Below are positions 18,653-28,078 of a stretch of 32,000 nt of DNA, one piece after another. The DNA is from Promethearchaeum syntrophicum (lineage in GTDB: Archaea; Asgardarchaeota; Lokiarchaeia; Sigyniarchaeales; Promethearchaeaceae). The stretch spans positions 1,590,001 through 1,622,000 of the forward strand of contig NZ_CP042905.2 in the NCBI RefSeq assembly GCF_008000775.2, written 5' to 3'. Numbering within the stretch: position 1 is the stretch's first letter; every line of letters begins with the position of its first letter. The notes beneath the pieces are model-generated. The model searched no databases, was not told where the DNA came from, and saw nothing but the letters and a program-made list of their open reading frames with translations. A program made the translations under genes and the position numbers.

Positions 18653-20053
18653 ATGGAAACTCCAACTGAAAAAAAAAAAAAACGTGAAGTTCCCCTAAAA
18701 ATCTCAATCGGGTTTGCTGTTGGGGAAATATCTGATATGATAGCTTATCAAGGATTTAGTTTTTTGATATTTACATTCTATTTTTCGCTTGTAAAATTGC
18801 CAACCGAGACTATTACATTGGTATTTATTCTTTGGTCAATTTTTAACGCATTCAACGATCCAATACTGGGAGCCATGTCAGATCGAACAAAAACTAAAAA
18901 ATTTGGAGGGGGACGTAGAAGGCCTTGGATTATTGCAATGTTGATACCTCTTCCAGCAGTTATGTTCTTCTTATTTACTCCTCCGCTTGGAAATACTACT
19001 TTAAGTGCAATATACTTCTTCATTATCATCTGTTTATTTGATACGTTTTACACCGCGTATTCTCTTAACCATACAAGCTTATATCCCGAAATGTTCACGA
19101 CAGATTCCCAACGCGAGACCGTTGGCGGAGCTAGAAGGATTTTAATGGTTATTGGTTTGATAATTGCATTTATTTTACCTGGATTTGTAATCAAAGATTT
19201 AACTTTTCAAAATGAAGATCCTGTCACATTCACAGAATATAAAATCATGGGGATAATTTTTGGTTTTCTGATATTGATTACTCTGTTAATCCATCTTAAA
19301 TTTGGAATTAAAGAACCAAGTGTAGATGAACTTGAAAAAAAAAATACTCTCAGTTTCTGGAAATCTTTAACAACTACGCTAAAGAACGCAAAGTTTATCG
19401 TATTAGCCATTGCTTCCACTATGAATTGGTATGTTTTTGGGCTATTACCAATGATCATTCCAATTTACGCAACTTATGTACTTGACATGGATAATTCTCT
19501 TTTAATAAGTTCACTTCTATTAATTGCATTTCTATCTTCAATCCCCGGTGTTCTAATTTGGATAAAAGTAGATAGTAAATTGGGAAGTAAGAATACATTT
19601 ATCATTTCAACAATTGTTTGGATAATTTCCTTTATTCCTTTTATATTTATTACTGAATATTGGATGGCTGCTATTACAATGATAGTCGTGGGTTTTGGAT
19701 TAGGAGGGGCTCCATTCCTATTAGATTTAAATATTTCAAATATTATCGATGAAGATGAGTTACAAACAAACCAAAGACGTGAAGCTTCATATTATGGAAT
19801 ACATGCATTATTAATCAGATTATCAACAATAATGACCATTTTATCTGTGGGGTTTATCTTAAACACGAATGGATGGCGCGTATACGATCCTGATACAGTT
19901 ACTCCAGATTTAATATTTGGATTACAAAGTTTAATGTCATTTTTCCCAGCAGGAGCTTTGTTAATAAGTTTAATATTTCTTGGTCTTTTTCCACTAAATA
20001 AGAAAAGAGTAGAAGAAATCCATAAGAAGAAGTTGGAGTTGCATAATATTTAA
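18653..20053 (+). CDS. GPH-family (MFS_2) glycoside/pentoside/hexuronide:cation symporter-like transporter
   Basis: Polytopic protein with FNAFNDPILGAMSDRTKTKKFGGGRRRPWI, the GPH loop signature. First ATG with good context at 18653; the track start 18605 is a TTG. Confidence 0.8.
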   Translation: METPTEKKKKREVPLKISIGFAVGEISDMIAYQGFSFLIFTFYFSLVKLPTETITLVFILWSIFNAFNDPILGAMSDRTKTKKFGGGRRRPWIIAMLIPLPAVMFFLFTPPLGNTTLSAIYFFIIICLFDTFYTAYSLNHTSLYPEMFTTDSQRETVGGARRILMVIGLIIAFILPGFVIKDLTFQNEDPVTFTEYKIMGIIFGFLILITLLIHLKFGIKEPSVDELEKKNTLSFWKSLTTTLKNAKFIVLAIASTMNWYVFGLLPMIIPIYATYVLDMDNSLLISSLLLIAFLSSIPGVLIWIKVDSKLGSKNTFIISTIVWIISFIPFIFITEYWMAAITMIVVGFGLGGAPFLLDLNISNIIDEDELQTNQRREASYYGIHALLIRLSTIMTILSVGFILNTNGWRVYDPDTVTPDLIFGLQSLMSFFPAGALLISLIFLGLFPLNKKRVEEIHKKKLELHNI

Positions 20054-20173
20054 AGTAAAAATGAAAATTCATTGTTTGAATGCTTATATCTCCAATTTTT
20101 TTATTTCTTTAATGTTATTTTCCATAATAATAAAAATACTTATTTATAATTTTAGATGACATAATAAATTATT

Positions 20174-20782
20174 ATGAATAAATTTCAAATTTTAGCTATT
20201 TGTGGAATGCTCGCTCCAATAATCTATACTATAGCATGGATTATCGGTGGATTTATTCTAGATGATTATAACCATATACGGGATGACGTAAGTTCTCTTT
20301 ATGCAGTTGGAGCTCCAAAGCAACAATTGTTTCAAACATTATTTGCTCTTGGGAGTGCATTGCTATTTCTCTTTTCTCTGGGATTACATAAGGGAATTAA
20401 TAATGGAGAAGGTTCTATTGTTGGACCCATATTCTTTATGGTAAGTGCTTTTTTAGGATTAATTGTTGCAATATTCTTCCCTTTAGATGAAGGCGGAGAG
20501 TTAACAACCTGGAAAGGTAAGATGCATTTGATATTGATTGTTATCTCAGGAATATTGGTGATGGCTTCGATGATCCTTTTGGGGCTTAGAACCAAATCAA
20601 TTGAAGGTTGGAGTGCTTTTGCATGGTTTTCATTTATCTCAGTGCCAATAACTATTATACTTATGATTGTTTCGGGAATTTATGCTGGGGGGCCTTATAT
20701 GGGGCTTGTTGAAAGATTTATGGTGGAATATTATCAATTATATTACTTCATTATTGCTTTAGTAGTATTTCTCCGAAACTAA
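20174..20782 (+). CDS. DUF998-like polytopic membrane protein
   Basis: 202 aa, six or so hydrophobic segments, pattern HIRDDVSSLYAVGAPKQ. Confidence 0.5.
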   Translation: MNKFQILAICGMLAPIIYTIAWIIGGFILDDYNHIRDDVSSLYAVGAPKQQLFQTLFALGSALLFLFSLGLHKGINNGEGSIVGPIFFMVSAFLGLIVAIFFPLDEGGELTTWKGKMHLILIVISGILVMASMILLGLRTKSIEGWSAFAWFSFISVPITIILMIVSGIYAGGPYMGLVERFMVEYYQLYYFIIALVVFLRN

Positions 20783-20860
20783 ATTTCCTTCAAATTATTT
20801 CTTATTTTTTTTTATTGACATTTAACGATAAATGAAGAGTTTTCATTGAATTATACATAT

Positions 20861-20903
20861 TTTGCATAAAATGCAAAGTATTTTTAAATAAGGAAAAATA
20901 CTT
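20861..20903. promoter_or_regulatory. Two overlapping inverted repeats upstream of the kelch gene
   Basis: TTTGCAT-AAA-ATGCAAA (20861-20877) and AAGTATTTTT-aaataagg-AAAAATACTT (20876-20903), both perfect. Confidence 0.4.
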
Positions 20904-20963
20904 AAAAATTAAGAAAACCAACATGCGGAAAATCCGTGTGATATAGTTTAAAAAGTGATTAAT

Positions 20964-22151
20964 ATGGAACAAAGCAAAATTTCTGGGTACAAAATAAGAT
21001 TGGGGATTCGTTCTAAGCTCATTTTTCTGTTGTTAGTATTCCAAATATTAGTTTTTATGCCTTTTATATTAAATATAAATAATGCAAATGCAGTTAGTGG
21101 TGGAACTCCTGGAGAACGTACGGGGCAACAAATGATTTATGATCCAATATTGGATGAAATTGTATTATATGGGGGTAATCGCGGTAATGGGGTTCGCTCA
21201 TCCTTAGATACAGTGTGGAAATATTCTATTTCAGATTCACAATGGAGAGAAATTTCTTCGGAAACTACGCCCGTATCACGATTTAGTCACCATATGGTCT
21301 ATCTGCCCATAAATCGAAGTATATTTCTTTTTGGGGGATGTAAAACTTCGGATTATGAAAGGTTGGGTGATACATGGCTCTATAACCTCGATAATAACAC
21401 TTGGGAAGAAGTATCACCATCTGTAAGTCCTTCCGCCCGTAGCGATTTGGCTCTCTGTTATGATTCTCTCAAGAATCGGGTTCTGTTGTTTGGAGGGTAT
21501 AATTATGATGACAGTAAGCTGAATGATTTATGGGTGTATTATCCCAATAATAATTCTTGGACTGAATTGGCTCCGAGTTCATCTCCCCCAAGTGATTACG
21601 GACATTCTCTATTTTATCGGAATAATGGGGGGGATGTATATACATTTGGGAGAAGCTCGACTCAAAACATAAATGATCTTTGGGAATATGACACTTCCGC
21701 TAATTCTTGGGCGAAAATGACTGTAGCATCCCCCATACCCTCATATAGATATTGGCACAACATGAGATACTCAAATATTTCAGATGTTTGTCTCCTCTTC
21801 GGAGGGAGTAGTTTTAATGTTGATAAGGATGACAGTTGGATTTTTAATTTTACAACTGATTCGTGGACCGAAATTCAATCAGATAATAATCCACCTAACC
21901 GGGTTGTGTTTTCAATGTGTCATGATTCACATCGAGACCAAATTTATATGTATGGAGGATTAGGAGAAGATTACAGCATATGCCGGGAAGATTTTTGGAA
22001 ATTCAATTTTACTTCGATGATATGGGAGGAAATCGAGATGCCTTCTAACTCTTCGATTAGTGGTTATAAATTTTTAGATCTGTGCTTCTACAGTTTAATA
22101 AGTTTACCATTTCTAATCTATATTCGAAAAAAAAAGTGGAAATCTCAGTAA
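20964..22151 (+). CDS. Kelch-repeat protein with N-terminal signal/TM and C-terminal TM
   Basis: Five or more kelch blades: YDPILDEIVLYGG..DTVWKYSISDSQW, LPINRSIFLFGG..DTWLYNLDNNTWEE, LKNRVLLFGGYN..DLWVYYPNNNSWTE, NDLWEYDTSANSWAKM, DSWIFNFTTDSWTE. Start taken as the ATG rather than the upstream GTG (20955). Confidence 0.85.
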   Translation: MEQSKISGYKIRLGIRSKLIFLLLVFQILVFMPFILNINNANAVSGGTPGERTGQQMIYDPILDEIVLYGGNRGNGVRSSLDTVWKYSISDSQWREISSETTPVSRFSHHMVYLPINRSIFLFGGCKTSDYERLGDTWLYNLDNNTWEEVSPSVSPSARSDLALCYDSLKNRVLLFGGYNYDDSKLNDLWVYYPNNNSWTELAPSSSPPSDYGHSLFYRNNGGDVYTFGRSSTQNINDLWEYDTSANSWAKMTVASPIPSYRYWHNMRYSNISDVCLLFGGSSFNVDKDDSWIFNFTTDSWTEIQSDNNPPNRVVFSMCHDSHRDQIYMYGGLGEDYSICREDFWKFNFTSMIWEEIEMPSNSSISGYKFLDLCFYSLISLPFLIYIRKKKWKSQ

Positions 22152-22257
22152 AATCTGAATTAATCATTTTATCATCTTTTTTATTTTTAGATTTTGTAAA
22201 TAGATATCAATATTTTATTATTAGAATTTTAATTTAAAAAAAGGATAAATAAAGAAT

Positions 22258-23109
22258 TCATAACGAATTCCAGAAGCTTTCATCAGGATGGACTATTTCA
22301 GATTCTTTACGTTTATCATGGTAGCAGAAATCACATATTCCATGATTTTGTAGGATTGTTTTATTCCGCGTTAGTACAAAATTTTCATTATATTTTGTTG
22401 CTGAGTAAAAATCTCCCATACAAATTAGAAAATACATTAAATTGGGATCTTCAACTTCTTTGAGAGCCTCTCCCCATAAACATTCCTTCGTATGCATTAT
22501 AACACTCCCATTATCGATTTCACCAATAGTAAAATCATGAGTTGTTTTACATAAGTCAGCCATCCAACTCATGAATGGAACAAGTCCATCAAATTTCTTA
22601 CCTTTAGGATTAGGTTTGGAATAAAATTTTGTAGCCACTTTTCTTGCCAAATCATAAGCAATTTCTTTCCCATGTAAATTCATAATTGCATGGAAAAAAT
22701 AGTAAACATGGTAGTATGCAAATCGAACATAATTTCCAAATGGAACTTCGACAATATCCTCTTTATCTAATACTTTCTTGTTGTTTTTTGGCGTATTTAT
22801 TATATCTAAAAAGGAAAGCATTGCATGCTGTAAAACTAATAACTTATCAAGATAATTACCAATAACTTTCCAATTTGTGGGAGAAAATAAATCCATTGAG
22901 AAAATTTCAATTGATTGTTTAGGATTAGTTTTTTCTCTGAGAATACTCGTGTATTCTTTGAAAATTTCATCCATCCAAGTTGGTTGTTCTTTTTGAATTT
23001 CGCTTAGAAACATGTCTAATTCATCAAATTGAGCTTGAAAATATTTGAATAACTCAATTTTTTGTGTTTTATTTACATCTCGCTGATATGATTCACTGAG
23101 AACTTTCAT
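22258..23109 (-). CDS. L-2-amino-thiazoline-4-carboxylic acid hydrolase-like family protein
   Basis: 283 aa. C-terminal CMGDFYSATKYNENFVLTRNKTILQNHGICDFCYHD resembles the C-G-D ... F-x-R-T-x-T-[IL]-x-x-G-x-x-x-C-D-F signature of that family. Confidence 0.55.
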   Translation of the reverse strand: MKVLSESYQRDVNKTQKIELFKYFQAQFDELDMFLSEIQKEQPTWMDEIFKEYTSILREKTNPKQSIEIFSMDLFSPTNWKVIGNYLDKLLVLQHAMLSFLDIINTPKNNKKVLDKEDIVEVPFGNYVRFAYYHVYYFFHAIMNLHGKEIAYDLARKVATKFYSKPNPKGKKFDGLVPFMSWMADLCKTTHDFTIGEIDNGSVIMHTKECLWGEALKEVEDPNLMYFLICMGDFYSATKYNENFVLTRNKTILQNHGICDFCYHDKRKESEIVHPDESFWNSL

Positions 23110-23253
23110 TTTCTTATACTGGAGAAATTTCCTTAAATTATTAATTTACTTCTCAAATTAGAAATTCTGAAAAACGAGAATATTTTTTTTTCTAGATATA
23201 TCTTTTTATGAGATTATATCATTATTCTACAAAACACAGAAGAGTTTTGAAAT

Positions 23254-23844
23254 ATGTTTCATACAATAACCCCGGAAATTAAAGCACGAATGCTGTTTTT
23301 GGAAGAAAAAGATCAACGTGATCGAAAAGATGGAACACCTCGAATGCAACGACTAAGACAAATCCCTCCAGAAACAGGTAAATTTCTTTCTATTATGGCT
23401 GCATCTTCACCAAGAGGAACCATGATTGAGATTGGGACAAGCGCTGGATATTCAACATTGTGGTTATCACTTGCCGTTAAACTGCGAAATCAAAAAATAA
23501 TCACCTTTGAACTTTTAGAAGAGAAAATAGAAATGGCTAAGGAAACATTTCGTTTATCTCTAGTAGAAAGGTTTGTTGATTTACGTGAAGGGGACGCTTT
23601 GAAAAACTTAGATTTAATAAATGACATAGGATTTTGTTTTCTGGATTGTGAAAAAGAATTATATTTTGAATGTTATAAAAAAATAATTCCTAAATTGGTG
23701 AAAGGGGGTTTATTAGTATGTGATAATGCTATAAACCACAGAGAGACTCTCGCAACTATGATGAATTATGCTAAAAAAGATCAACGTGTTGATGTGGTGC
23801 TTGTTCCTATCGGAAAAGGAGAATTTGTTTGTAGAAAAGTATAA
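23254..23844 (+). CDS. SAM-dependent O-methyltransferase (class I, catechol/caffeoyl-CoA OMT-like)
   Basis: 196 aa. [21 protein letters not shown] (motif I), [37 protein letters not shown]. Confidence 0.82.
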   Translation: MFHTITPEIKARMLFLEEKDQRDRKDGTPRMQRLRQIPPETGKFLSIMAASSPRGTMIEIGTSAGYSTLWLSLAVKLRNQKIITFELLEEKIEMAKETFRLSLVERFVDLREGDALKNLDLINDIGFCFLDCEKELYFECYKKIIPKLVKGGLLVCDNAINHRETLATMMNYAKKDQRVDVVLVPIGKGEFVCRKV

Positions 23845-23949
23845 TTTATTCTTTTTTTATACAATTTTTTTTAAAAAGATATGTATCAGAATATTTCTTA
23901 AAACCCGTTATTCGCATTTTTTAATAAATTGTCTTCATTTGAGATAGTA

Positions 23950-24606
23950 ATGCGATTTGAAGGATTAATTTTTGATTGTGATGGTGTCTTAGTTGATTCA
24001 GAACCATTTAGCTGTGGAACATGGAATGTAATATTAAAAGATCTCTATAATATAGATATAGGGACAAACTATAATGCTATCCTTGGAAAAAACCTACGAG
24101 ATGCTGCTGAATATTATTCAAAAAAATTTAATCTTCCGTTTGATGATGGAACTCTATCGAAACTTACCCAATTAAAAGAAGATACTTATTATCGAATTGC
24201 CAAAGGTAAATTAAATCCAATTCCAGGAGTAAATCGAATAATTCAAGATGCTAAAAAATTAAATCTAAAAATAGCTGTAGCCTCATCAGGATCAATTAAT
24301 AAAATACATTTTAATCTTTCTCAAGCTAGATTAAATAATGAATTCCAGAATATTCTTTCTGCGGATGATGTCAAACATGCCAAACCTTCCCCAGATATAT
24401 TTTTAAAAGCAATGTCTCTAATGAAAGTTGAACCTAGTAAATGCATCATTATTGAAGATTCTGTTTCTGGAATAAGAGCTGCTAAATCAAGTGGTGCCTT
24501 TACGATTGGTCTTGCCTCTACATTTCCCGTAGAAAATTTGTATGAAGCGGATTTAATAATAGAAAATTATAATGAATTAGATCTTTTCCTTCTACTAAAA
24601 TCTTAA
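23950..24606 (+). CDS. HAD-superfamily hydrolase, beta-phosphoglucomutase/phosphoglycolate phosphatase-like
   Basis: MRFEGLIFDCDGVLVDSEP (motif I), VASSGS (motif II), KPSPDIFLKA and CIIIEDSVSGIRAAKSSGAFTIGL (motifs III/IV). The track start 23929 is TTG; ATG at 23950. Confidence 0.85.
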   Translation: MRFEGLIFDCDGVLVDSEPFSCGTWNVILKDLYNIDIGTNYNAILGKNLRDAAEYYSKKFNLPFDDGTLSKLTQLKEDTYYRIAKGKLNPIPGVNRIIQDAKKLNLKIAVASSGSINKIHFNLSQARLNNEFQNILSADDVKHAKPSPDIFLKAMSLMKVEPSKCIIIEDSVSGIRAAKSSGAFTIGLASTFPVENLYEADLIIENYNELDLFLLLKS

Positions 24607-24719
24607 ACTATTGGAAAAAAAAAATTCTAAAAGTAATTTGTAAATAAAAAATAACTATTAAATAGTAATAAATTTAATAATAGAATGAAAATAAATTCCA
24701 AAAAAATAAAACGAGAAAA

Positions 24720-25052
24720 ATGAAATCAAAAAATCCTGTATATATGTTATGTATATCGTTTATCTTTTTTTTTATGGTACCACTTCCAATTATTTCTGGA
24801 TATATCTCTTTTATAAATGCCGGACCTGATCCTCCCGAATCTAATTGCCCTTCAATCATTTTTGGTGATGGAGAAGCAATGGACAGATGTTTAGCAGCTT
24901 CAATAATATATAACCAAGAACAATTTGACAAACAACTTGAAATTGAAAAATCAACTTTGAATATAGGATTATTCTTTTTAGGTTTAACTCTTTTTGTATT
25001 TATAGGGAGTTTAATTCGGATCTCTAAATCAGCAAGAGATATTAGTTCATAA
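24720..25052 (+). CDS. Hypothetical two-TM protein
   Basis: 110 aa with two hydrophobic helices flanking a Cys-containing loop (SNC...DRC). Preferred over the antisense ORF 24674..25057. Confidence 0.4.
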   Translation: MKSKNPVYMLCISFIFFFMVPLPIISGYISFINAGPDPPESNCPSIIFGDGEAMDRCLAASIIYNQEQFDKQLEIEKSTLNIGLFFLGLTLFVFIGSLIRISKSARDISS

Positions 25053-25218
25053 ATCAATTAATACTTTCAAAGAATATAATTTGAATCTATGTAGTATATC
25101 TTAAATTTATCTAGTACTTTTCTATTTTGTATTGAAGACTTATATATGCAATAAATTAAATAGAAATTTCATTGAAATAATTCTGCTTTAAATTCATGAG
25201 ATTTTTTTGTGATTTTTA

Positions 25219-25536
25219 ATGAATCTTATTATGGAAATTTCAGAATTTCAACAAAAAATGAGAGATTTATATATTCACAATGATAAAAAACGTGGAATAC
25301 ATCGCACTTCCCTTTGGTTGGGAGAGGAAATGGGAGAACTTATGAGCGAATTAAAATATAGTATTGATAAAATAGATAAACAAGCTGTTGCAGCGGAAAT
25401 GGCAGATATTTATGCTTGGGTAGCTTCTCTCGCAAATTTATTAGAAATTGATTTACAATCAATAATTTTAAATAAATATGATAAATGTCCAAAATGCAAT
25501 TCAGATCCATGTATATGTGAAAAAAATTTACCCTAA
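25219..25536 (+). CDS. MazG-like nucleotide pyrophosphohydrolase with Cys-rich tail
   Basis: SLWLGEEMGELMSELK...VAAEMADIYAWVASLANLLEIDL (EExxE...ExAD) plus C-terminal CPKCNSDPCIC. ATG at 25231 is an alternative start. Confidence 0.78.
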   Translation: MNLIMEISEFQQKMRDLYIHNDKKRGIHRTSLWLGEEMGELMSELKYSIDKIDKQAVAAEMADIYAWVASLANLLEIDLQSIILNKYDKCPKCNSDPCICEKNLP

Positions 25537-25636
25537 ATCTACATAATGATTTTAATTATTAAAATAAATAAGATATCCTTTTTTTTTCTTAATTCCCAAA
25601 CTTTTTAATTTTGATTAAAACCTTTATATAACTTGA

Positions 25637-27091
25637 TTGCAATTGAGCGAAAATAATTATCAAAAATTATTGCAGAAAGCAAACTTACTAGAAAGTCGTG
25701 ATTTATTAAAATGTTTACAAAATCTCCTTGAATGTGTTCAGTTATTAGAAGAAGATCCCGATATAATTAAAAATTCAAAAAGAGAGAAAGAAATTCTAAA
25801 ATTACGAATTTTACGATTAGGAAATAAACTCAATGTTGATTATTCTTTGGATTCAGATTCAAAAGAATCTGACGAAGTAGAAGCCGTTAAAGAATCTAAA
25901 GAAGCAGAAGAAGCTGAAGAAGCAGAAGAAGGCGAAGAATCTAAAGAAGCAGAAGGAGCTGAAAAAGCAGAAAAAGCAGAAGAAGTAGAAATAGCTAAAG
26001 AACCCGAAGAAGTAGAAACAGCTAAAGAACCTGAAGAAGTAGAAGTAGCGAAAGATTCTGAAGAAGTAGATGCAGCTAAAAAAGATGTAGAAACTGTAGA
26101 AAAATCTGAAATTGTTGATTTAATCTATTCCAAATTAAAAAAGAAAATATCTATATCCTATAACGAATATCTTTCATTTTATAAATATGTAAACAAATCT
26201 AATTCTGAAGAACCAGTACCAATTATTCGCGAAGAAGGTGAAATTGCATATTTTGTAGGAGACACACATGGTTCCTATGAAGAATCTCTGATTGTTATTA
26301 ATTATTTTGAAAAAATCCTCGAAAAATCTCCTGATGCGAAAATAATATTTGATGGTGACTACGTAGATCGAAACTTATATGATTTGGAAAACTTGACTTT
26401 AATTACTGCATTCTTTCTTCTCTACAAAAATAATGTAGTAATGCTTAGAGGTAATCATGAAGATCAAAAGATAAATAAATATTACGGATTTTACCGAAAT
26501 TTAAAAGATTTTTTCATCATTCAAGATCGGATTGATGAGATTTATGGATTGATTTTAAATTTCTTTATGAGCTTACCTGTTATTCATATTTTAACTTTGA
26601 AAACTAGCAATAATGAATTGAAAAAAATTTTTACTGTACATGGAGGGATTCCAATTGATGAAAAAAATCCTTCTAATCCGATAGCCTTAGATGATTTAGA
26701 ATCTAAAATACAGATTAAAGTTCCTTCTTATGAAGAGTTCGATGATTATATGAGTTGGCTTCTTTGGTCTGATCCAAAAGATAATGTTGCAGATTATGAA
26801 TTACGTCCAGAATCTGGTAGAAATTTCTTTGGAGAGTCAGCTTTTCAAAGATTTATGGATTTTAATAAATTAGACTTAATGGTTAGAGCTCATGAAATTT
26901 TAGAACAAGGTTATAAATTTTTCTTCAATCAAAGACTAATTAGTATATTTTCCACTTCCTTTTATAAAAATAAAAGAATAGGAAATGCAGCGATTATGCG
27001 AATGAAAGAAATTAATGGTTCTTTTGACACGCCCGAATTTTTACCTGTAAATGAAGCTGCTTTGAATCAAGATATTAAAGATAATTTTTAG
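25637..27091 (+). CDS. PPP-family (PP1/PP2A-like) serine/threonine protein phosphatase with N-terminal helical module and acidic linker
   Basis: VGDTHGS, FDGDYVDR, LRGNHED, VHGGIP, GRNFFGESAFQRFMDFNKLDLMVRAHEILEQGYKFFFNQRLISIFSTSFY. All PPP metal/phosphate motifs are in order. TTG start; no ATG in frame until inside the catalytic domain. Confidence 0.88.
   Translation: MQLSENNYQKLLQKANLLESRDLLKCLQNLLECVQLLEEDPDIIKNSKREKEILKLRILRLGNKLNVDYSLDSDSKESDEVEAVKESKEAEEAEEAEEGEESKEAEGAEKAEKAEEVEIAKEPEEVETAKEPEEVEVAKDSEEVDAAKKDVETVEKSEIVDLIYSKLKKKISISYNEYLSFYKYVNKSNSEEPVPIIREEGEIAYFVGDTHGSYEESLIVINYFEKILEKSPDAKIIFDGDYVDRNLYDLENLTLITAFFLLYKNNVVMLRGNHEDQKINKYYGFYRNLKDFFIIQDRIDEIYGLILNFFMSLPVIHILTLKTSNNELKKIFTVHGGIPIDEKNPSNPIALDDLESKIQIKVPSYEEFDDYMSWLLWSDPKDNVADYELRPESGRNFFGESAFQRFMDFNKLDLMVRAHEILEQGYKFFFNQRLISIFSTSFYKNKRIGNAAIMRMKEINGSFDTPEFLPVNEAALNQDIKDNF
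25979..26086 (+). repeat. In-frame imperfect 27-nt tandem repeat (4 copies) encoding EEVEIAKEP/EEVETAKEP/EEVEVAKDS/EEVDAAKKD
   Basis: Read directly from sequence inside the acidic linker of the PPP phosphatase gene. Confidence 0.85.
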
Positions 27092-27975
27092 AATTGGCGT
27101 TGACAGCCAGTGCAAGCTGCATTTGAAGAATCTATTACATGTCCACATTGATAGCAATATCTATAATTTGCAAAATCATTCCATGATTGACTTGGAAACC
27201 ATTTAAAATACGGATATGTTACTTTTGAAGATACTTCATCAGCTATAGGTTTTATTGAAGGTTGAGGAATTGGTTCTGGTAAGGAAATTACAACAGATTC
27301 TTCTAGTTCTTCTTTAAAGGATTCCATTTCTTCTTCAGGTAATGATAAATTCCCAATCATTATATCCCCTTCATTCATCATATCTTCTTGTGATGGTTCT
27401 GCTGGTGGGGCAGAAGGACTGGTACCCTTCAATGAATTTGATAATCCTTTGCTTAATTGGGATTGTTTTTTCTCTAAATTCTCTTGTCCCGCTTCTACTT
27501 CAAAAGCATCCTTAATTAGATTAATTTTTTTAAAAACACTTAGCTTTGCAATTTTTGAAACTGAAGGATTAAATGCAAATTGATAAATATTAATAAAGAA
27601 AAGCGCGTCTTCATAGATTGAATAGGATTTAATTGGTAATATGCTTAAAAATTGTTGGCCTTCTTCAAAGAATTCATCGAGCTTTGATTTAAAAGTGAGT
27701 AAATTTTCTCCCATAGGTTTTTTTTTAATAGCCTTACTGAATTCTAATAGCTTGGGTTGAACTTTTTGGGAAAATTTTAAAATAAGACCGTTTAATAAAC
27801 TCTTGTCATCCTTAGAAAGTGTTGGATCTTTGACCCCGTCTAAACAAATCCTCCTAACTTTCATCCATTTTAATAAAAATAAGTCTAAATCTGATACGGG
27901 TTTTGACACGGGCTGTAAATTTTCAATTTCTTCTAAGATTGTTAGTAATTGGATTTTTTGTTTTTTCCAAATCAT
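27088..27975 (-). CDS. Helical protein with C-terminal zinc ribbon, unknown function
   Basis: 295 aa. Two N-terminal predominantly helical segments (about aa 1-75 and 95-170), Pro/Ser/Glu-rich linker, C-terminal RYCYQCGHVIDSSNAACTGCQRQF. Confidence 0.65.
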   Translation of the reverse strand: MIWKKQKIQLLTILEEIENLQPVSKPVSDLDLFLLKWMKVRRICLDGVKDPTLSKDDKSLLNGLILKFSQKVQPKLLEFSKAIKKKPMGENLLTFKSKLDEFFEEGQQFLSILPIKSYSIYEDALFFINIYQFAFNPSVSKIAKLSVFKKINLIKDAFEVEAGQENLEKKQSQLSKGLSNSLKGTSPSAPPAEPSQEDMMNEGDIMIGNLSLPEEEMESFKEELEESVVISLPEPIPQPSIKPIADEVSSKVTYPYFKWFPSQSWNDFANYRYCYQCGHVIDSSNAACTGCQRQF

Positions 27976-28070
27976 TTTCTAAATATCAAAAGATAATATG
28001 TACTTAATATATTTATCATTGGTCCGATAGTTGGTCCAGCAAAGACTTAAAAGAAAATAATTTCTTCGCG

Positions 28071-28078
28071 TTATATAA
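28071..28078 (+). promoter_or_regulatory. Putative TATA box for the 28106 gene
   Basis: TTATATAA centred about 30 bp upstream of the ATG at 28106, suggesting a leaderless or very short-leader mRNA. Confidence 0.4.

Noticed and set aside
18424-19458. ORFs 18424..18618 (+), 18778..19029 (-), 19207..19458 (-)
   Set aside because: Overlap the Gfo/Idh oxidoreductase or GPH transporter in other frames; Phe/Leu/Ile-rich translation typical of antisense TM coding.
24674-25057. Minus-strand ORF of 127 aa
   Set aside because: Overlaps the plus-strand 110-aa ORF with a better two-TM topology; neither is strongly supported, but the plus strand fits local gene orientation.
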